63,696 bases of DNA, taken from IMG/VR virus record IMGVR_UViG_3300049167_000064, positions 1 through 63,696 of that record; one strand, 5' to 3'. The position numbers and the translations under genes are program-made. Numbering within the stretch: position 1 is the first letter of the stretch; every line of letters starts with the position of its first letter. The notes beneath the pieces were generated by a model. It was not told where the DNA came from, ran no database searches, and saw nothing but the letters and a program-made list of their open reading frames with translations. Source of the stretch: a virus. Its lineage: Duplodnaviria; Caudoviricetes. Positions 48,900 to 56,413 of the stretch are shown one piece after another.

Positions 48900-50821
48900 A
48901 GCACTTCCCCTACACAATCGCCGGCGAAGAGACCATGACCCGCGTACCGGAGACGGCCACAGACCTGGACGACTTCCGACGGTGGGTCGAAGACAAGGCA
49001 CGCACGGGCGGGATGATCGGTGCCGACACGGAAACGACCGGACTCGACACCTTCAGTCCGACGTACCGCCTCCGCACGGTGCAGCTGGGCGACGCCCGCG
49101 ACGCGTGGGTCCTGCAGACCGACTACCGGCCGGAGATGCAGGAGGCCGCCCGATGGGCGCTCCTGACGTTGCCTCGTCTCGTCTTCCATAACGCCACCTT
49201 CGACATGCTCGTCCTGGACCGCCACCTCCGGGTGCCGCTGGCGACGCTGGCCCCGAAGGTGACGGACTCGAAGATTATCGCTCACTTGTTCGATCCGCGA
49301 CCCCGACACGAGGGCGGATACGGACTGAAGCTGAAGGAACTGGCGGAGCGGGACGTCGACCCGAGCGCCCCGGACACGCAGGAAGACTTGACGGCTGTCT
49401 TCCGCAGCATCGGAGAGACGAAGGCGACAGGCTGGGCGAAGATCGACATTAACCACCCGATCTACCTCCAATACGCCGGCCTGGACGCGATCCTCGTGTC
49501 CCGCGTGCTTCCGGTGCTCGAGCAGCGCCTCCGTGACGCTGGCGTCTCTCAGCGCCTCGTCGACTTCGAACACCGGGTCATGCTCGTGTGCGCGAAAATG
49601 GAGCGCCGCGGGATGCTCGTCGATCAGGACTACGTCCGCCCCCTCGTCGGGCGCCTGGAGGAGGAGGCAGCGCTCCACGCCGGTAAGGCAGCGCAGTACG
49701 GCGTGACGTCGGTGAACGCTCCGAGGCAGGTGTCAGAAGCACTTGTGGGCATGGGTGAAACGCTAACGGAGACCACTGACAGCGGGGCTCTGAAGGTGGA
49801 CAAGTCCATTCTCCTGGACTTGGCCGACCTGGATCAGCACTGGCAGCCCCGCGGGACGAGGAAGCCGAATCCCCTGGCGGACGCGGTACTCCGCTCGAAG
49901 CGTGCGGGGAAGTGGTCGAAGTCCTACGGCGTCGCCATGCGCGACGGCCTGGACATCGTCGGGCGCATTCACCCGAAGATCAACTCTCTCCAGGCGCGGA
50001 CAGCGCGGATGTCCATCTCCGGGCCCCCGCTTCAGCAACTTCCGTCGGGAGACTGGACGATTCGGCGGGCGCTCCTTCCCGACGTCGGACACCGGATCTT
50101 CTCCGTCGACTACTCCGCCGTGGAGATGCGCGTCCTGGCGGCCCTGGCGGACGAGGGCGTCATGAAGCGGGCCATCGCGGAGGGCAGGGACCTCCACGGC
50201 TTCACGGCGGAGCTCATCTACGGCCCCAACTACACGAGCTTTCACCGGAAGCTCTGTAAGGGCGTCGGGTTCGGGAAGGTGTACGGAGGCGGAGCGCTCA
50301 CGCTGTCTCGTCAGACCGGCGCCCCGCTTCCCGACGTGAAGACGGCCATCGGCGCCTACGACCGGACGTATCGCGGGATCAAGCGCTACAGCAACAAGCT
50401 GCAGCGCGAAGCGCGCGCGGACGGGTACATCGTCTGGACTCCCGTCGGCCGGCGGCTCCCGCTGGACCGGGACCGTGTGTACGCCGCGACGAACTACATG
50501 GTCCAGTCGACGGCACGCGACGTTCTGTGTCAGGCGCTGCTCGACATGGACGACAAGGGGCTGACGGAGTACCTCCTCCTCCCCATCCATGACGAGGCGT
50601 TGGGGTCGGCACCGGATGACATCGCGGACGACGTCGCGCGGGAGGTGGGGGAGACCATGCGAATGGACTTCTTCGGCGTCCCGCTCGACACAGACCCCGA
50701 AGTCGGCGGCCGTAGCTGGGGCTCGCTCTACATGAAGAAGGCGGAGACCATGATCGAAAACGACCCGTGGTACGCGGCGCACCCGGACGAGGCTGCAGCC
50801 GCGGAGGAGCGGCGCAAGTGA
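48896..50821 (+). CDS. DNA polymerase family A with 3'-5' exonuclease domain
   Basis: DTETTG, HNA.FD, TARMS...PLQQ, DYSAVEMR, VQSTA, IHDE. Confidence 0.95.
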   Translation: MKHFPYTIAGEETMTRVPETATDLDDFRRWVEDKARTGGMIGADTETTGLDTFSPTYRLRTVQLGDARDAWVLQTDYRPEMQEAARWALLTLPRLVFHNATFDMLVLDRHLRVPLATLAPKVTDSKIIAHLFDPRPRHEGGYGLKLKELAERDVDPSAPDTQEDLTAVFRSIGETKATGWAKIDINHPIYLQYAGLDAILVSRVLPVLEQRLRDAGVSQRLVDFEHRVMLVCAKMERRGMLVDQDYVRPLVGRLEEEAALHAGKAAQYGVTSVNAPRQVSEALVGMGETLTETTDSGALKVDKSILLDLADLDQHWQPRGTRKPNPLADAVLRSKRAGKWSKSYGVAMRDGLDIVGRIHPKINSLQARTARMSISGPPLQQLPSGDWTIRRALLPDVGHRIFSVDYSAVEMRVLAALADEGVMKRAIAEGRDLHGFTAELIYGPNYTSFHRKLCKGVGFGKVYGGGALTLSRQTGAPLPDVKTAIGAYDRTYRGIKRYSNKLQREARADGYIVWTPVGRRLPLDRDRVYAATNYMVQSTARDVLCQALLDMDDKGLTEYLLLPIHDEALGSAPDDIADDVAREVGETMRMDFFGVPLDTDPEVGGRSWGSLYMKKAETMIENDPWYAAHPDEAAAAEERRK

Positions 50822-51213
50822 CGCCCGCACTAGGACGCTCAGCAACGGTTGTCCGCACGGTGGCGCAAACCCGCCTGCCCACCGTGCGGTCCGTGGCTCG
50901 TCCCACGCGCATCACGCCTCCGCTTCGGCCCCCGGCGCCTCCTGATGGCCCGTCGCATCGTGACGTTCTGCGACGGTGGGAGGAGCTGGAGTGGTACTCC
51001 TGTACCTACTGTGACGCCTCGTTCGGCCCGATGGTTGTAGCGGAGGTGGACCACATCCGTCCGCTTGCGAAGGGCGGATGTGATGAGTGGGCGAACCTGG
51101 CGCCGGCATGCCGCGACTGCAACCGACTCAAGTGTGATCTGGACATGTCGGATTGGCTGGCGATCCTCGCAGGTCAGTTGGATGCGGAGTGCGACGTACC
51201 GGTTACGCGCTGA
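50818..51213 (+). CDS. HNH endonuclease
   Basis: CTYC...VDHIRPLAKGG.D..ANLAPAC..CN..K. Confidence 0.85.
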   Translation: MTPALGRSATVVRTVAQTRLPTVRSVARPTRITPPLRPPAPPDGPSHRDVLRRWEELEWYSCTYCDASFGPMVVAEVDHIRPLAKGGCDEWANLAPACRDCNRLKCDLDMSDWLAILAGQLDAECDVPVTR

Positions 51214-51292
51214 GACCGACACCCCCGAAAAGGGGTACTCACACATCCTTCACATGTAACGGTTTGGTCACGAGGATTGCTTGAAGTCTGCA

Positions 51293-51338
51293 TTGTGTCG
51301 GTCGACATAACCGCAGGTGAGATAGGTCGGCCGACACA
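51293..51338. promoter_or_regulatory. Two GTCGG(C/T)CGACA operator-like boxes
   Basis: TTGTGTCGGTCGACATAA and GTCGGCCGACACA; same box as class A promoters. Confidence 0.6.
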
Positions 51339-51437
51339 GCTATTGACAGCACACACGTCCTACGTGCCCGCGAAAACCACTCAAAACGACCCATAGCACC
51401 GACGGTTATCAGCCGTCAGGCAATTGCCCGTGGAGGT

Positions 51438-51812
51438 TTGGTGACCTACAGTCCTGAACACGTCGCAGATGGACAGCGACTGACGCAGCTTCTTACCAAG
51501 CTCGAGCACGAGCTGACAGAGCTTCGTCAGATGGTGTCGATCTACGAAGACGCAGTAACCATGCCGGGCCGCCGACGGTCCGGAGTGGATGCGGACGGAA
51601 CTGGCCGGCAGGCGACGCACGGACCCTCCCGCCCGACGGAGCGCATCGTCCTTGACGGGGCACGCGGAGCGCTTCAGCGAGAACTCAACAGCGGCGCTGC
51701 GCAACTGCCCTACGCAGTGGCGGTAGTTCGCGGCGTCATCGCATCTATGGATCGAGCTCTCTCCCGTTGGGAAGGGGAGGACGAGGTCCAGGCTCCCGGG
51801 GGGCTGCTTTGA
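51438..51812 (+). CDS. Hypothetical protein
   Basis: GGAGG RBS, GPSRPTE motif. Confidence 0.7.
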   Translation: MVTYSPEHVADGQRLTQLLTKLEHELTELRQMVSIYEDAVTMPGRRRSGVDADGTGRQATHGPSRPTERIVLDGARGALQRELNSGAAQLPYAVAVVRGVIASMDRALSRWEGEDEVQAPGGLL

Positions 51813-52030
51813 TCATTCTCATCGGGCCGCAGCTGACGGACGACGAAGACGGAGAGCTCGACGAGCTGGCCGGCTTGCTCGGAGCTCACCGTATGTGCGG
51901 CCCTGACGTCGACTGGGCGTCGGTTACCAAATTCGTATGCGTCCCCGGCTGGGAGAAGTGCCCGGCTGCAGTCGCGGACGTCGACATGGCGAAGGTGTTC
52001 GGTCTGCCGATCGAGCAACTCCAGCTCTGA
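51809..52030 (+). CDS. Small protein, DUF4406-like fold
   Basis: PGWE...A...A..FGLPI; TTGA coupling. Confidence 0.55.
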   Translation: MIILIGPQLTDDEDGELDELAGLLGAHRMCGPDVDWASVTKFVCVPGWEKCPAAVADVDMAKVFGLPIEQLQL

Positions 52031-52033
52031 CAT

Positions 52034-52051
52034 CCGCTAGTCGACTAGCGG
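52034..52051. repeat. Dispersed palindrome
   Basis: CCGCTAGTCGACTAGCGG right after a stop codon. Confidence 0.85.
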
Positions 52052-52188
52052 AGCGATAGCCCCCGTACCCGACACGGGACGGGGGCTTCGTCGTCCCCAT
52101 ACGCGCGAGTAACTAACGCGCCCATTGAAACACAGGCCAAAGCTTCCGGCAAGGGTTGCCTAACTCAAGCGGTGTGGCCTGCGTCACA

Positions 52189-52231
52189 AAAGTCCCGCGT
52201 CACATCTTCCCGCTAGCACCCCATAACTAAG
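52189..52231 (+). promoter_or_regulatory. Class B phage promoter motif upstream of the sigma-like gene
   Basis: AAAGTCCCGCGTCACA-N10-AGCACCCCATAACTAAG. Confidence 0.75.
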
Positions 52232-52261
52232 TCACACGAAGCATTCACGGAGGAGAACGAC

Positions 52262-53017
52262 ATGACCCCGACGCAGGTTACGAACGAGCTCATCATCTCG
52301 GCGCAGGGTGGAGACAGTGACGCGATGTGGCAGATCGTCGACGCCTACGAGGGCGTTCTCCGCCACGCCGTCCGCTCCGTCGCTCCCTCCGCCAATCAGG
52401 AGGACGCGGAAGACCTCCTCCAAGAGGCACGCGCGGTGCTGATCCAGCACGTCCGCGACTACCGCACCGACGGCAGTCCTGCGCAGCTGAGCACGTTCGC
52501 GCACCACACCATCCGCCGTACCGTGGCGGAGGCGTGGGTCCGCACTTCCTGTGCGCTGTCCGTCGACCCGACGACCGCACTTCGCGTCAAGCGTGCGCTC
52601 TGGACCACGGAGGGCGACGTCGACGGAGCGTGGATGATCGTCTCCTCCGACGCCAACTCGAAGCGCAGGCTGTCCCGGGAAGTGTTCCTCGCGACGGTTG
52701 AGGCCATGGCGGACGTGGACTGCCTGGACGCTCCGGCCGGCGAAGACGGTCTGACGCTCGCGGAGGTCATCCCGGACGCGGACTCCGACTTCACCGACCC
52801 GACGGAGCGCCGGGAGCTGGCCCGCTACCTCCTCCGCGAGATCCCGCAGCGCCAGGCATACGCGCTCCGGGCGTTCTACGGAATCGGCATGACGCAGATG
52901 CCGGACCACGACGTCGCGGCCGATCTGGAGCTGAAGCTCGTCGCTCTTCGCCAGCTGCGGGCGCGCGGCGTCAAGTACGCGCAGAAGGTTGCAGCCTCCC
53001 AGGCACTGGCTGCGTGA
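52262..53017 (+). CDS. Sigma-70 family RNA polymerase sigma factor
   Basis: AQGGD..A, DAEDLLQEA (region 2), LDAP, region 4 HTH-like C-terminus. Confidence 0.82.
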   Translation: MTPTQVTNELIISAQGGDSDAMWQIVDAYEGVLRHAVRSVAPSANQEDAEDLLQEARAVLIQHVRDYRTDGSPAQLSTFAHHTIRRTVAEAWVRTSCALSVDPTTALRVKRALWTTEGDVDGAWMIVSSDANSKRRLSREVFLATVEAMADVDCLDAPAGEDGLTLAEVIPDADSDFTDPTERRELARYLLREIPQRQAYALRAFYGIGMTQMPDHDVAADLELKLVALRQLRARGVKYAQKVAASQALAA

Positions 53018-53048
53018 GTCACTCACTTACCAACGACAGGAGCAAGCC

Positions 53049-53195
53049 ATGTCCCGACTTCCCTCTCTCGACGACTACGACGTCCAGGGCGTCCGCACCT
53101 CCGAAGCCGCCATGTGGGGCGACGACGTCCGCTACGCCGTGGAGGCGCTGCAGGACGCGGACCTCTTCGACGGCTTCCACATCGAGACCGACTGA
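53049..53195 (+). CDS. Small acidic protein
   Basis: AGGAG RBS. Confidence 0.6.
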   Translation: MSRLPSLDDYDVQGVRTSEAAMWGDDVRYAVEALQDADLFDGFHIETD

Positions 53196-53198
53196 CCT

Positions 53199-53216
53199 CC
53201 GCTAGTCGACTAGCGG
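53199..53216. repeat. Dispersed palindrome
   Basis: CCGCTAGTCGACTAGCGG. Confidence 0.85.
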
Positions 53217-53243
53217 AGCTACCCACGACCATGAGGAGAGAAT

Positions 53244-53993
53244 ATGTCTGAGTACGTAGCCACGTGCACCGCCAGCCGCCACGACACCATCACCGCTGTA
53301 GGCGACGGAACAACCATCGAGCTCGCTGCCCGCTCCCACGGAGAGCGCAAGATGGAGACCTTCCTCTCCGCGGACAAGGCCCGCACCTTCGCGCGCGGCA
53401 TCCTGGCCCTGGCCGACAGGATCGACGGGGGAGAGGAGAAGGGCGAGGCGGAGTTCAGCGACACGCCCCCCGTCGGCACGCGTGTCCGCGTACTGGAGGC
53501 GTCCGGCATTCCAGCGGCCCGGGGAATGCTTGGCACGGTCTACGACCTCACCGACCAGCCGGGACGCCTGAAGGTGCTGATGGATGAGCCGTGGGACGGC
53601 TTCGGCTATCACAAGGTTTACGCGGACCGGTGGGAGATCGTCGACGAGCCGGCGCGACCCGTCAAGGTTGGGGACCGGGTGCGTGTCGTGCGGAACGCCT
53701 ACGACTACGAGGACCGTGGCTACGTCGGCCGCGTTGGCACCCTGAAGGTCATCGACACGGATGAGCAGCCGTACAGGGTGACCTTCGACGACGATGACTA
53801 CTGGTGGTGTGCGGAGGTCGAACTCGTCGACGAGGCACCCGACGCCGTATCGGCCCCGGAAGCGCCCGCCGTCGACAAGCCGGCCGACGAGCGCGAGACC
53901 TTCATCCGGCGGGCCGCGGACCTGGCGTCGGAGCTCGAGATCTTCGATGACAACGCCATCGTCTCGATGGCCCGCTTCCTGGCGGGGGAGTGA
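53244..53993 (+). CDS. Hypothetical protein with SH3-like repeats, C-terminus MARFLAGE
   Basis: Paralogous to 41427 and 53990 products. Confidence 0.75.
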   Translation: MSEYVATCTASRHDTITAVGDGTTIELAARSHGERKMETFLSADKARTFARGILALADRIDGGEEKGEAEFSDTPPVGTRVRVLEASGIPAARGMLGTVYDLTDQPGRLKVLMDEPWDGFGYHKVYADRWEIVDEPARPVKVGDRVRVVRNAYDYEDRGYVGRVGTLKVIDTDEQPYRVTFDDDDYWWCAEVELVDEAPDAVSAPEAPAVDKPADERETFIRRAADLASELEIFDDNAIVSMARFLAGE

Positions 53994-54292
53994 CGATGGC
54001 TGACATCAAGATCGGTGACCGGGTGCGGATCGTGTCGGAGTACACCGACCGTGCTGGCCGGCACGTAGGTCGGCTGGGTTCCGTGCGGCACGTCGACCCC
54101 GACGACCGCGAACTCCGTTACAGCGTCCTCATGGACGGCGACGAGGAATCCGATTGGTTCCATGAGGTGGAACTCGTCAGCGGGGTCGCGAATCGTGAAG
54201 CGCATGTCACCCGCGCGAAGGAGCTCCTGACGGGCACTCCGCACACGGTGGAGGACATCATCCGCATGGCCCGCTTCCTGGCCGGCGAGTAG
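53990..54292 (+). CDS. Paralog of the C-terminal half of the preceding gene
   Basis: IKIGDRVRIV...EVELV...MARFLAGE. Confidence 0.75.
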   Translation: MTMADIKIGDRVRIVSEYTDRAGRHVGRLGSVRHVDPDDRELRYSVLMDGDEESDWFHEVELVSGVANREAHVTRAKELLTGTPHTVEDIIRMARFLAGE

Positions 54293-54333
54293 GACGACAG
54301 GGCCCGGGGCGCTTGCTCCGGGCCCTTCGTGTT

Positions 54334-54394
54334 GCTCCGCTAGTCGACTAGCGGAGCTAGGGGGTTGTGTCGGCCGACCAATGTGTGTCATAGT
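54334..54394 (+). promoter_or_regulatory. 24-bp palindrome plus class A promoter
   Basis: GCTCCGCTAGTCGACTAGCGGAGC, then TTGTGT-N18-CATAGT with GTCGGCCGAC box. Confidence 0.75.
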
Positions 54395-54431
54395 GGAGAT
54401 CCGCCAGGGACTAACGGAACTGGCGGAACAA

Positions 54432-54641
54432 CTCAACAGGGAGCGGCAGCAAGGCGAGAACGACTCTGGTGGAGTCAAGAGGCGCCCCGTAAGGGAGACG
54501 TCGCAACGGCGTGCTGGGTAAGAACCTTGGCAGTCACGGTGACCCGTAGCCCATACGGTAGGGCAGGGTGTGGCTGGAGGGATGGATACTCCAAACCAGG
54601 CTGAGGACATGAATCGCTAAGCACCACCGCTCCCTGTTGGG
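54432..54641 (+). ncRNA. Candidate ~210-nt structured RNA
   Basis: 15-bp closing helix 54432-54446/54627-54641 enclosing several hairpins. Confidence 0.65.
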
Positions 54642-54676
54642 GACTCCACGGACAGGCCGAGACGAGGGAGCCGTCA

Positions 54677-55051
54677 ATGAGCTACCAGCGGGCGCACCGC
54701 TACTGCGGCGGAAAGGGTGAGGTGCCCCGGGCGTCCGGTATCCCTGGCTTCTGCTTCGCATGCAACGGGACCGGAAAGATCACCGTGTACACCGCAGCCG
54801 AGAAGGCTGTTCGACAGGCTGAACGTAGCCGGTGGGACTCCACCCGAGAGCTGGTGCGGTCCCACGCCCGGAAGATCACGGCCCCTGACGGTGTGCCTTC
54901 CCTGACGTTCTCGCTTGACGTCCGCGCCGGCTTCGAGACGCTGGCCGAACGAGAGCCAGACCGCTTGGAGAAGTTGTACGCCTCGTTGGACGCTGGCCGT
55001 ATCGACGACGTCGTTTATGCCCTGTACGAGTACCGCAAGGGTCACGCGTAG
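54677..55051 (+). CDS. Hypothetical protein with DnaJ-like CxxCxGxG motif
   Basis: GGGAG RBS; CFACNGTG. Confidence 0.75.
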   Translation: MSYQRAHRYCGGKGEVPRASGIPGFCFACNGTGKITVYTAAEKAVRQAERSRWDSTRELVRSHARKITAPDGVPSLTFSLDVRAGFETLAEREPDRLEKLYASLDAGRIDDVVYALYEYRKGHA

Positions 55052-55112
55052 CCGAAACGCCCTCCGGGGCGTCGGGTGAGGAATGGTCTCCCACCCCTGA
55101 CGAGGCAGACCA
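55051..55112 (+). ncRNA. Type II hammerhead ribozyme 1 (predicted cleavage after C55073)
   Basis: GCC-GAAAC-stem III-GTC-stem I-CTGACGA-GGC; loop TGGTCT pairs with downstream AGACCA. Confidence 0.88.
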
Positions 55113-55123
55113 CTGGAGGAGAG

Positions 55124-55288
55124 ATGAAGGTCAAGGCGATGAAGCGGACGTTCCTCCGGACGCACCGGTTCGGGATGTTGCGCCAGGCGGACGAGAAGCG
55201 CAGGGCCGGCGCGGAGCGCAACGTCCGCAGCCCGCAGGGGCGGGAGCTGATCGCGTCGAACATGGTCTACCGCAAGCGCTACGCGTAG
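55124..55288 (+). CDS. Small basic protein (54 aa) between ribozymes
   Basis: GGAGGAGAG-ATG. Confidence 0.7.
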   Translation: MKVKAMKRTFLRTHRFGMLRQADEKRRAGAERNVRSPQGRELIASNMVYRKRYA

Positions 55289-55350
55289 CCGAAACGCCCT
55301 CCGGGGCGTCGCGCGGGAGATGGCCTCCCGCCCCTGATGAGGCAGGCCGT
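55288..55350 (+). ncRNA. Type II hammerhead ribozyme 2 (predicted cleavage after C55310)
   Basis: GCC-GAAAC-stem III-GTC-stem I-CTGATGA-GGC; loop ATGGCCT pairs with AGGCCGT. Confidence 0.88.
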
Positions 55351-55360
55351 AGGAGGAGAG

Positions 55361-55657
55361 ATGGGAGCAACACCGAGAATGACGGCACTGGAGTCGGCAC
55401 GCGTGCAGAAGATCATGGATGGCGTCCGAGGCATTCCGGACCCTGACCACGAGCACGACCTCAACCCCGAGCACGCCGTCTTCGACGCTGACGGCGCGGT
55501 GTTGCAGCGCGGCATCTCTGACGAGTACGCCGCGCAGGACGCCGCCGAGACCTGGCGCACGACCTACTACCGTCCCGACGCCTGGTCCGGAGAACTCTGC
55601 AACGACTACCGCGACCACCCGCGCGAGGTCTGCGGCGAGCATCACGAACTTGGGTAG
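55361..55657 (+). CDS. Hypothetical protein (98 aa)
   Basis: GGAGGAGAG-ATG. Confidence 0.7.
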   Translation: MGATPRMTALESARVQKIMDGVRGIPDPDHEHDLNPEHAVFDADGAVLQRGISDEYAAQDAAETWRTTYYRPDAWSGELCNDYRDHPREVCGEHHELG

Positions 55658-55665
55658 CGAAGTCC

Positions 55666-55742
55666 GCCCCGCTACGGCATCGCCCGATCTACCCGGCACC
55701 CCCAGTGCCGGCGGGCGCGCGGTTCGAATCCGCGGCGGGGTA
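55666..55742 (+). ncRNA. D-armless tRNA-like element
   Basis: Acceptor GCCCCGC/GCGGGGT, U8-A9, T arm CGCGG-TTCGAAT-CCGCG. Confidence 0.7.
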
Positions 55743-55775
55743 CTCGAAGCACCATCCATCGACGGAGAGGACGTC

Positions 55776-56054
55776 ATGACCTCCTACCTTCGCAACTGCG
55801 CCGGATGCGGCGGATCGTTCGCCACGGGCGACGGCGTCTCTGACTCGTACTTCTGCCCGAAGTGCCACAAGGGCAACGTCGAAAAGTTCGCCCCGAAGGT
55901 GTCCAACGTCGTCGAGTTGCTGAGTCAGCCCCGGAGCCGGTACGTCGTGCTCGCGGTCGACGAGGGGGAGTTCACGATCCGCCGGCTTGGGTTTCCGGAG
56001 GGCCCGACCCTAGCGGTGCGTGAAGCACACCTGAACCCCGCTGTCTGCCGCTGA
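55776..56054 (+). CDS. Zinc-finger hypothetical protein
   Basis: CAGC...CPKC; GGAGAGG RBS. Confidence 0.7.
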   Translation: MTSYLRNCAGCGGSFATGDGVSDSYFCPKCHKGNVEKFAPKVSNVVELLSQPRSRYVVLAVDEGEFTIRRLGFPEGPTLAVREAHLNPAVCR

Positions 56055-56066
56055 AGAGGAGCCATC

Positions 56067-56413
56067 GTGCGCAGCAACCCCAATGACGCCGCCATACGCG
56101 CAGCCTTCGACCGCTTCCACGCGACGTCGACGACGAACCGCAAGAGCGCCGTCTCCCAGCTCCACACCGACATGAAGAAGGCCGGCGGCCCGGTGCCGTC
56201 GAAGGAGGAGGAGAAGTGATGGACAAGTGGCAGCACCGTGACGCAATCGCGGCTGCAATCAGGGCCGCCCGAGCCGACGGATTCGAGGTCGACATGGAAA
56301 ACCCGTGCTGCGGCTGCGTGGACACGCGGCTCCAGATCAATGAGCCCTTTGAGCCGACGGAAGACGTCCGGGCGTGGTCAGACGGTGCCGTCGAAATTTT
56401 GAGGCAGGTGTGA
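56067..56413 (+). other. Two small hypothetical genes (56067-56219, 56219-56413)
   Basis: RBSs and overlapping stop/start. Confidence 0.6.

Noticed and set aside
54365-54604. 79-aa ORF over the promoter and leader
   Set aside because: Starts in the -35 box with no RBS; better explained as structured RNA
54432-54641. RNase P RNA, tmRNA or group I intron identity for the leader RNA
   Set aside because: Signature sequences (GAGGAAAGUCC, tag ORF with tRNA-like ends, P7 elements) not seen
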